Origin: Pavona decussata
Lineage: Eukaryota
Length of the DNA stretch: 64,000 nucleotides
Assembly: GCA_977016875.1 (NCBI GenBank)
Contig: CDRNST010000214.1
Location: forward strand, 2,852,001-2,916,000
Direction of reading: 5' to 3'
Below the pieces are notes generated by a model. The model did no database searches, was not told the DNA's origin, and saw only the letters and a program-made list of their open reading frames with translations. Shown piece by piece: positions 60,802 through 64,000 of this stretch; position 1 is the first letter of the stretch; the number at the start of each line of letters is the position of its first letter. Position numbers and translations under genes: made by a program.

Positions 60802-63683
60802 TTTATCCAGGGAGCCCACTCGCCTTGGCGGTTTTTAGTGGGGCCCTGCAAATTAAAAATAAAACAAAAAATACAATTACCTAAAAAACGATTTCACAAG
60901 ATCAAGCGAATTTAAAAATAGCTGAACAATCGTCATTCACAAACTTTTAAGCTTTGCCTTAAAAAGGGACAATGATTTGATGTTTTTAATGTCATTGTCT
61001 AAGTTGTTCCAGTCCTTAGAGGCTTGATAGTTCATAGTTCATAGTTCATAGTTTTCGGAGCCTGGTTGGTTTCTAAATCAATTCTACGAAAATTTTGCGA
61101 AGATAAATCCTGAAAACAATCCAGGATTGAATGGGTATACAACTCATTACCTCTGCGATACCGGTGCAGTGCTCTACCAGTTAAACTATTAAGCCATTTT
61201 TACTATTTTCCTCTTCGAAGAATTCCATAGGCGCCGTTGGGTGGCGGCCGACATTATCCGCTCACTTTGCCACCCAATCACATGTTCCGCACTGTCCCCA
61301 GCTCTCGCTATTCGAGATGGGTGCTCATTGAACTCAGCAATCAAACTCGCTTAACACTCGGAAAATGGAGGCTAAGAACACCAATTCTATCTCTTAACTG
61401 ACAATGGTGATTTTAAAATTGCCATTTTTGTTGTTACCTGCTTTCCCTGATGCCCCTCCACCGCTGCTTCCAAACTCCACTGGTTCGTACATGTTACCGT
61501 ACGGTACTCCAACTTTAGGCGTGTTCTTTCCCCTCCCTCCCGTCCCTCCGTGCCCTCCACCAGATGCGGCAACACTAGTTCCAGGCCCAAGTCCTAGGTT
61601 GATCGTCCCGTGAACACCCTGACCCGTCCCGTCAGATTGCTTGTATCCGCGCCCGCTTACAGACAGAAGACCCTCTGTGTTGATGCTAATGTTTTCAGCG
61701 AGGATTCTCAGATCACTACCTTCAACTTTTCCACCTCCTTCGATATGCAGTACTCGCACAGTCAAATTCATTCCGTTGTGCGTCACAGGCGAAGATATCA
61801 TTTCTATGACTCCTTCGAACTGTACACGGATGAAGTCAAACTTGAAATCGTTTCCCATCGCCTCGTTTCCTGTTCGCGAGTCTTCCTTTAACGACAAAAG
61901 ACCGCCATGATGCAGTGTTAGATTCTTGACGTAGGATATCACTCCGGCCACGTGAATCTCGACTCCGTGAACTTCCGTCGATGGAGCAAGGCCAAGGAAT
62001 CCACCTCGATACACTCGAACATGGAACGGTAAATCGATATTCGGTCGCACCAAGTCCATGGTTTGGTTATAACCGACATGGATGGTCCCTGAGCGATCAC
62101 CGATCATGTTCCGGAAGAAAATCGAAGCGGACCGATTATGAGGCTCGGTTAATATAGCCAACTGGGCTCCACCATAAATCTGCAATTCCTCAAAGTGGTA
62201 ATTTTGATCGCCAGAAAAATTATGTTGACCAGAGCTAGGAAGAAGCCAGGTTTTACCAGTTATCAGGTCTGGTTTGGAATAGTCACTGATGATGCGATGG
62301 GCGGCAGGGATCGCCTTTCTCCCGGCATTACTTATAAGTAATGTGCGGTGTTTGTGGATCAGATGGTACAGGAACACGGTACCGGCGCCCCCAGGGAGAG
62401 CATCCCCCTGAGCATTTCCCCCGAGGGATTCAAACACTCCGCTGTAGGTCTTGTTACTTCTGAAGTAAACTGCTATTCGTCCACCTGCTCCTCCTCCGCC
62501 ATGGAATATATTATGGCTGAAACATAGGAAACGAAGACAAATTACAAACATGTTTATCTCGATTTAAAACAGTAAATGAGCAATGTCCGCTCGGGGATCA
62601 TGAGTGTTTTGTAGTGAAAAAATATATTAAATCCTATAGAGTCAAAACTAATACAGTTGGACAATCACATAATAGTGCCTATAGTCCAAAAATATTAACT
62701 GAGAGAATAAAAATATTCACTATTTTCTTGCTCACTTTAAGCTGCACATGCATGTTTAAATTTACACAACAGAAAGAAGGGACTGGTTGAATTACGAAAA
62801 AGTAGGTGTAAAACTAAGCCACGAGCGTTTAGTGTTTACGAAAAGATTCCAGGTCTTCCAAACACATTCGTGTGGTCGCTTCAGGCGCGTTTCTATTTGA
62901 AACACGGAATTCCAGATTCGTTTTCTTTTCAACAACTACGTGTAAGTGGAAACAGAACGTGGAAAACATGACTGTATTCCCAACGTCTGTTCTCTAATCT
63001 GACCAACCTCGTGGCCAGAACCCACCACTAAAACAACTAAAGTGAAGTAAGTATCATGAGCCTGTGGCTCATGATAAAGTGATTGACAATAAAAATCCAG
63101 ATCGAATTGGAATTTGGTAATGTTGGTTTTTGAGGAGAGGGGGGAAAAGTTGAACCTGGAGAAAAACCTCTCTGAGCGAAGACGAGAAACAACAACCAAC
63201 CCAAGCCAGATATGACGCTGAGTCGGGGAATTGAACCCAAGTCACAATGGTGGGAGGCGAGTGCTTTCACCACTGCGCCATCCCTGCTCCCCAAACTAAG
63301 ATATTACAATAACAAAAGCGTTTAATTACTGTGTCTCGGTATCTCCGTTTCCTCCGTTTGTCTGCACCGCTCCGTATCCCTTCATCAGATTTGTCTCAAT
63401 CCAAATACTGCCACCACTTCCTCCTCCTGAGCGATCCTGCTGGCCGTTTGCGCCATTACAGCTGATTGTTCCGTCAATTTGAAGTGTCCCAGTTACGGAC
63501 ATGCGTATTATGCCTCCACCCACTCCCCCTGAGCGGCCTCCTCTGCATCCAAAGTGCTGAGGCTCGTACACGTGACCATATGCAACTCCAACACGCGTCT
63601 GAGCTTTCCCGCGTCCTCCATTCCCACCATGCCCTGCGCCCGAAGATCCATCTGAGCTTGCGACACCTGCACCAGCGGCACAA
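1..63683 (-). CDS. Giant multi-exon gene (partial at both ends) encoding an about 10,000+ aa Gly-rich/beta-solenoid tandem-repeat protein, probably extracellular
   Basis: 44 exons with GT-AG boundaries; summed length about 29,980 nt; all 42 fully visible junctions preserve frame; 23 copies of the GGGxGGRI-type motif; frame open at position 1; first exon begins mid-repeat. Confidence 0.93.
1881..1958 (+). repeat. (GATT)n microsatellite
   Basis: agattgattgattgattgattgat plus degenerate extension. Confidence 0.85.
2438..2658. other. Assembly gap (others: 26635-26776, 30966-31136, 49818-49949)
   Basis: Runs of N. Confidence 1.
2659..2818 (-). CDS. Giant gene, window exon 43 (3' part hidden in N gap)
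   Basis: tgtacag|GT TAC; GYSVAPVSYKIDQGAEIVYP...DVVFA, then Ns. Confidence 0.85.
3059..3188. mobile_element. Small MITE
   Basis: gtagcctg...caggctac termini. Confidence 0.5.
3455..3802 (-). CDS. Giant gene, window exon 42
   Basis: ttcgcag|GT TTC; GFKAGAAGTVYY...VVESKT; donor g|gttagg. Confidence 0.9.
4413..4665 (-). CDS. Giant gene, window exon 41
   Basis: ttgatag|ATT AAA; IKIGLSLHLDGII...YTAYGGL; donor g|gttagt. Confidence 0.9.
5338..5780 (-). CDS. Giant gene, window exon 40
   Basis: gttctag|CC GGT; AGENISSALL...GAGGSTTK; donor |gtaaag. Confidence 0.88.
5872..6230 (+). repeat. Degenerate tandem repeat of about 105 bp (relative at about 56355-56475)
   Basis: Recurring gtgtga.cattca.atgaaagcta.tga.cag.ac and ctgtttatt.tgctgtac units. 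Confidence 0.65.
6502..6802 (-). CDS. Giant gene, window exon 39
   Basis: tttccag|GCT GTG; AVFQIADM...EGRVFL; donor g|gtaggt. Confidence 0.88.
7137..7546 (-). CDS. Giant gene, window exon 38
   Basis: tccacag|GA AGT; GSGAGSGGSVWIT...FDELMLQGD; donor |gtaagt. Confidence 0.9.
8242..8617 (-). CDS. Giant gene, window exon 37
   Basis: cattcag|GAT ATC; DIKFSSDF...NAPTNS; donor g|gttagt. Confidence 0.9.
9192..10210 (-). CDS. Giant gene, window exon 36
   Basis: tttttag|GT CAT; GHSGANELPSHG...RFIVSLL; donor |gtatgt. Confidence 0.92.
10290..10565. mobile_element. Palindromic Penelope-like/hammerhead-derived repeat (partial copies 48540-48698, 53397-53510)
   Basis: Inverted arms gtggggagtggaaac/gtttccacttcccac, ttatcaacagagttgataa/ttatcaactctgctgataa; central ctgagaa-gggctaacgctc-gaaacgt. 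Confidence 0.65.
10702..11456 (-). CDS. Giant gene, window exon 35
   Basis: tttacag|A ATC GAC; IDNLMRS...YGSKGGK; donor g|gtaaga. Confidence 0.9.
11885..11975 (-). mobile_element. SINE fragment (relative at about 61105-61197)
   Basis: Both carry acctctgcgataccggtgcagtgct and a B-box-like ttcgaatccc or degenerate equivalent. Confidence 0.65.
12221..12431 (-). CDS. Giant gene, window exon 34
   Basis: tccacag|GT TAC; GYGELNSNGG...PFTQLR; donor ag|gttaag. Confidence 0.9.
13387..20837 (-). CDS. Giant gene, window exon 33 (7,451-nt exon, about 6 repeat units)
   Basis: ttaacag|A GGC CAG; GQNAKSSTSGGGAGG...FNTDTFI; donor g|gtaagc; corresponds to the 2499-aa ORF. Confidence 0.95.
21544..21730 (-). 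CDS. Giant gene, window exon 32
   Basis: catgcag|GT TAT; GYGGLGFGG...LDGEISSR; donor ag|gtaagc. Confidence 0.88.
21905..22085 (-). mobile_element. tRNA-containing SINE-like repeat (relative at about 12640-12765, plus strand)
   Basis: Minus strand gtagctcagaggtagaacatccc...ggttcgactcc; similar gcagctcagttgtagagcatcc at 12717. Confidence 0.6.
22352..22444. mobile_element. Small MITE
   Basis: agtctc/gagact ends; internal inverted ttgggtcgtcac/gtgacgacccaa. Confidence 0.55.
22486..23794 (-). CDS. Giant gene, window exon 31
   Basis: cctttag|GCC GTT; AVVAGPGPGAG...FAGSGGSHA; donor g|gttatt (weak). Confidence 0.88.
23838..24600 (+). mobile_element. Degenerate L2/CR1-type LINE 3' fragment, split by the MITE
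   Basis: Removing the MITE gives LRGNGVNLSLP...; downstream part is similar in inverted orientation to 41035-41360. Confidence 0.65.
23863..24278. mobile_element. PIF/Harbinger-type MITE
   Basis: TIRs ggcccagttcagacgccgaacttttcat / atgaaaagttcggcgtctgaaccgggcc; TTA duplication at 23860-62 and 24279-81; internal copies of the TIR motif. Confidence 0.88.
24638..24863 (-). CDS. Giant gene, window exon 30
   Basis: cttgtag|G CAA; QLIASNNQTSRDLTFD...IDLNYK; donor |gttagt. Confidence 0.88.
25088..25310 (+). mobile_element. SINE body/tail fragment
   Basis: ttggacaagaaacttt and ccctgcgatggact.gca.ccatccag...gcttcatgctacagaaa resemble invertebrate SINE central/tail domains as I recall them. Confidence 0.5.
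25579..26476 (-). CDS. Giant gene, window exon 29
   Basis: gttctag|GT ACT; GTAGAGHGG...KGKLTLR; donor ag|gtaaat. Confidence 0.9.
26982..27249 (-). CDS. Giant gene, window exon 28
   Basis: tgtccag|GGT CAA; GQTEGFSKK...IGPGRPS; donor g|gtatta. Confidence 0.87.
27436..27690 (+). repeat. (GACT/GAAT)n microsatellite region
   Basis: Pure (GACT)n at about 27510-27546 with degenerate flanks. Confidence 0.9.
27742..28533 (-). CDS. Giant gene, window exon 27
   Basis: ttattag|CCT GGC; PGSSGGGAIKLN...EFVVTAE; donor |gtattt. Confidence 0.9.
28645..28905 (+). mobile_element. Degenerate tRNA-derived SINE
   Basis: ttaagctcagttgg A box, degenerate gttcaaa B box, followed by a non-tRNA body. Confidence 0.55.
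28984..29030 (-). other. Degenerate minimal hammerhead ribozyme motif (Penelope-like)
   Basis: Minus strand gact-CTGATAA-tgac...gtc-GAAAC-GTC-agtc; core differs from CTGANGA. Confidence 0.55.
29360..29890 (-). CDS. Giant gene, window exon 26
   Basis: cttgcag|GAT TCT; DSKVYLPSDV...GQGYQDL; donor |gtaaga. Confidence 0.9.
30427..30924 (-). CDS. Giant gene, window exon 25
   Basis: gtcttag|TTC TGT; FCHRGYRVSFSLTTY...LSELKVFV...PFTLRTYR; donor |gtgagt. Confidence 0.88.
31835..32095 (-). CDS. Giant gene, window exon 24; discoidin-like insert 3
   Basis: ttcgtag|GTG GAA; VEEVKLHPGS...IHHIRLYP; donor |gtaagt. Confidence 0.88.
32470..32721 (-). CDS. Giant gene, window exon 23
   Basis: tcctaag|GCC AAT; ANGGNGYSHSTRGGGGGSGGRIALYY...LKVDNKGRRPITERINQ; donor |gtaaac. 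Confidence 0.9.
33426..33566 (+). pseudogene. CCDC40: Isolated CCDC40-like exon (orphan gene fragment) inside an intron, antisense to the host gene
   Basis: ttttacag|GAT...GAG|gttagt, 141 nt, phase 0-0; DLLVDRLTQTVDRLREEIDMCKTQCSAQLEETKAAQKSLSEATTEIE resembles the CCDC40 segment as I recall it (QDLYVDQLT...LEEDIALFEAQ..AQAEDT...KAVSEACTEID); no other CCDC40 exons seen. Confidence 0.7.
33660..34258. mobile_element. piggyBac-like non-autonomous element
   Basis: ttaaccctttaa... at the left end and ...ttaaagggttaa at the right end; TTAA on both flanks. Confidence 0.55.
34465..34667 (-). CDS. Giant gene, window exon 22 (absent from ORF track)
   Basis: ctgacag|GT AGC; GSSGGKGGGGQLGGRGGGIFFLNISDTL...FEGSGTVQ; donor |gtgtgc. 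Confidence 0.9.
34793..34829. repeat. Mini hairpin (internally deleted MITE remnant)
   Basis: acctcgttcccagg-loop-cctgggaacgaggt, perfect 14-bp stem. Confidence 0.7.
35510..35650 (-). CDS. Giant gene, window exon 21
   Basis: gcaatag|GT AAG; GKGPGADYP...YGSIKEPNEF; donor g|gtaagt. Confidence 0.88.
36040..36200 (-). mobile_element. SINE 3' part with L2-type tail
   Basis: Minus strand ...tgtaaaccgccatgag...gcggtatataaatac resembles the L2 3' terminus. Confidence 0.5.
36219..36432 (-). CDS. Giant gene, window exon 20
   Basis: ttttcag|ACC TTT; TFFFETIQVRNKG...ENFEYD; donor g|gtacgt. Confidence 0.88.
36906..37140 (-). CDS. Giant gene, window exon 19
   Basis: tcttcag|A ACT GGA; TGRIHLGFNQTF...EGKLTE; donor |gtatgg. 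Confidence 0.9.
37553..37944. mobile_element. Palindromic foldback MITE, copy 1
   Basis: TIRs aatagacccttctccaaaatggcggc / gccgccattttggagaagggtctatt; near-palindromic throughout; second copy at 41489. Confidence 0.85.
37979..38940 (-). CDS. Giant gene, window exon 18
   Basis: cttgcag|GTG GAG; VEANSLTL...QMQGDR; donor ag|gtacga. Confidence 0.92.
39839..40258 (-). CDS. Giant gene, window exon 17
   Basis: cgcaaag|CTG CAT; LHIKGQGSL...IVGDSSG...IRGGAT; donor |gttagt. Confidence 0.88.
40788..40955 (-). CDS. Giant gene, window exon 16
   Basis: tctgcag|GTT GTC; VVISLQKGRTYASLSTVRFFI...HHFNE; donor |gtacgc. Confidence 0.87.
40987..41400 (-). mobile_element. L2/CR1-type LINE 3' end with (TGAT)n tail
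   Basis: Minus-strand SLPSFRLNWMKNSFTYKVTNIWNSLTPDLR matches the ORF2 C-terminal SFxY..WNSL motif; ends in tetranucleotide repeat 40987-41031. Confidence 0.75.
41489..41874. mobile_element. Palindromic foldback MITE, copy 2 (opposite orientation), nested in another repeat
   Basis: Highly similar to the reverse complement of 37553-37944. Confidence 0.85.
42421..42806 (-). CDS. Giant gene, window exon 15; discoidin-like insert 2
   Basis: tctgcag|GT TAT; GYPYYQTVYQAPNGVTL...LHVDK; donor |gtaaaa. Confidence 0.88.
43266..43617. mobile_element. Tc1/mariner-type MITE
   Basis: TIRs cagtcaacccaggtcacgcgtgaac / gttcacgcgtgacctggattgactg; TA on both flanks. Confidence 0.85.
43684..44352 (-). CDS. Giant gene, window exon 14
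   Basis: aaacag|GT ACC; GTVSADYRGYGSQQGPG...LDLVGNTA; donor g|gtaatt. Confidence 0.9.
44801..45895 (-). CDS. Giant gene, window exon 13
   Basis: tttgcag|GC AGC; GSLYFGDYRT...NATIDVA; donor g|gtaagt. Confidence 0.92.
46528..46718. mobile_element. Short CCCT...AGGG-TTAA (piggyBac-like) non-autonomous repeat; relatives at 41471-42050 (interrupted) and 63820-63940
   Basis: Shared ccctttaa..cccaa..gat.agca.c..atttctcctt and ttttgata.t motifs; ends acagggttaa. Confidence 0.55.
46778..47090 (-). CDS. Giant gene, window exon 12 (absent from ORF track)
   Basis: tcattag|GTC TTT; VFGGGHFKSNNKLNI...FYGDYRQPFDYGSAGGYGLHY; donor g|gtatgt. Confidence 0.9.
48071..48262 (-). CDS. Giant gene, window exon 11
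   Basis: gttgtag|ATC TGG; IWGVQDLFVFDHG...LFNLT; donor |gtaaga. Confidence 0.88.
49268..49595 (-). CDS. Giant gene, window exon 10
   Basis: accacag|G TAC; YRHRSFDGARTWIEP...FKSSGK; donor |gtgtgt. Confidence 0.9.
50016..50710. mobile_element. Non-autonomous element with a long subterminal hairpin (class unassigned)
   Basis: Near-perfect inverted repeat 50044-50188; ttttataa at 50211 and at the right end; possible degenerate relative near 39600-39720. Confidence 0.6.
50821..51029 (-). CDS. Giant gene, window exon 9
   Basis: ttcttag|GTT ACT; VTTNDGIRNVPVT...LTELEIFIEGKEVWDR; donor ag|gtaagg. Confidence 0.88.
51828..52455. mobile_element. Degenerate DNA-transposon remnants with repeated AAGCGCCGC motifs
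   Basis: Multiple aagcgccgc/ttcgaata copies; internal duplication of about 52205-52300 at 52388-52472. Confidence 0.4.
52624..53289 (-). CDS. Giant gene, window exon 8 (absent from ORF track); start of discoidin-like insert 1
   Basis: tttgtag|GTT GAT GGC; VDGGIISNS...GGRIAVYY...LRVDN...INHIRLYPYCSGARPRFR; donor |gtgagt. Confidence 0.9.
53870..55002 (-). CDS. Giant gene, window exon 7
   Basis: ttttaag|GA ACT GGA; GTGSITVNGG...NVEDILQ; donor cag|gttcag. Confidence 0.92.
55545..55781 (+). mobile_element. TIR-bounded element carrying a tRNA-like Pol III cassette
   Basis: Imperfect TIRs of about 30 bp atggatcagagaatgcactctgcagtggatg / catacactgcagagttagttttctgttccat; internal tagctcagtc (A box) and ggttcgattccc (B box). 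Confidence 0.65.
55876..56216 (-). CDS. Giant gene, window exon 6
   Basis: gcatag|A ACT CAC; THPQGSGLHG...WMHCYRMK; donor g|gtagag. Confidence 0.9.
56536..58471 (-). CDS. Giant gene, window exon 5
   Basis: ctcaaag|GT TGC AAG; GCKAWIMPESG...GQGYNR; donor ag|gtagtt; matches 640-aa ORF. Confidence 0.93.
58702..59023. mobile_element. PIF/Harbinger-type MITE
   Basis: Imperfect TIRs agacccttttaaacggttttaacatttg / caaatgttgaaacagtttaaacgggcct; TAA on both flanks; internal caacat/atgttg repeats. Confidence 0.8.
59325..59497 (-). CDS. Giant gene, window exon 4
   Basis: tgtctag|T TAC CAA; YQAHGGKAKTGLQNVENGGPGTAFLYHLVHTHRTLL...LDEE; donor g|gtaaaa. Confidence 0.9.
60001..60100. mobile_element. Small MITE
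   Basis: taggatcgattt ... aaatcgagccta termini. Confidence 0.5.
60175..60454 (-). CDS. Giant gene, window exon 3
   Basis: ttttag|GT GCC; GAGGGTIFLNVTN...NDTFSYF; donor ag|gtgaca. Confidence 0.9.
60747..61050 (-). mobile_element. L2/CR1-type LINE 3' end with (TAT)n tail
   Basis: NYQASKDWNNLDNDIKNIKSLSLFKAKLKSL*; 3' UTR stem-loop cagggccccac...gtgggctccctg; (ATA)n at 60747-60800. Confidence 0.8.
61438..62516 (-). CDS. Giant gene, window exon 2
   Basis: tttcag|C CAT AAT; HNIFHGGGGAGGRIAVYF...GGASGKA; donor g|gtaaca. Confidence 0.92.
63097..63293 (-). mobile_element. tRNA-derived SINE (partial copy at about 2005-2070)
   Basis: gggatggcgcagtggtgaaagcactcgcctcccacca...gggttcaattccc head with A/B boxes; shared ccag.tcgaattggaattt and gagaaaaa.ctctc segments. 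Confidence 0.75.
63330..63683 (-). CDS. Giant gene, window exon 1
   Basis: ttcctccag|T TGT GCC...; CAAGAGVASSDGSSGAGHGGNGG...GGNGDTET; donor ca|gtaatt. Confidence 0.9.
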
Positions 63684-64000
63684 CTGGAGGAAAAAGAAAT
63701 GTTTACATGACCTTTTCATAAACTAGAGTGTGACACCTTACATAAATCATTTCCAAATTCACTGTACAAAATTGACAACGCCTGAAGAACCCCATTAACA
63801 TCAAGCGATGATTTAGTCCCTAAATCCTTAAATCACAATATCAACATGTAAATTCTCCTTCCTGTTCTCTGTGTATTTATCATGTTACATGTGAGGAGAA
63901 TTTGTTTAGATGTCACGACATTTCATCTTTAGTGATCACAAAAAGTTCCTATAAGGAGACTCTTATAAAACAGCTAACCTCGCGTCGACGGTGTCTCCTC

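Noticed and set aside
63097-63293. tRNA genes at tRNA-like heads (also 11.9, 21.9, 28.6 and 55.6 kb)
   Set aside because: No complete cloverleaf visible; each is fused to a repeat body, so they are SINE/MITE parts
34-63726. Many Pro-rich plus-strand ORFs (e.g. 8259-8558, 38477-38836, 15516-15875) and 328-1053
   Set aside because: Antisense shadows of the GGN-rich minus-strand exons; they coincide with exons and have no independent gene structure

Overview
Eukaryotic (animal) genomic DNA. The intronic repeat families resemble those I recall from stony corals/anthozoans, but that assignment is inference. The whole window is the interior of one very large minus-strand gene. I traced 44 GT-AG exons by hand (about 29,980 coding nt, roughly 10,000 codons), and all 42 fully visible splice junctions are phase-compatible. 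Neither start nor stop codon lies in the window. The protein is a tandem array of 23 or more units of about 410-450 aa. Each unit is a beta-solenoid-like segment (FDEL.L.GxAxL...GDRSG.LH...LxVxxGG) plus a Gly-rich block (GxGHGGxGG-YG..xP..xGSGGG-GGxGGG-GGGSGGSI-GGGGSGGRIA-GAAGTVY). Three Cys-containing discoidin/galactose-binding-like modules are inserted at the same site in units 5, 7 and 9, and one exon is 7.45 kb long. The introns hold MITEs, SINEs, L2/CR1 3' ends, degenerate Penelope-type hammerhead motifs and an isolated plus-strand CCDC40-like exon. One intron is bounded by a 12-bp direct repeat. There are four N gaps.
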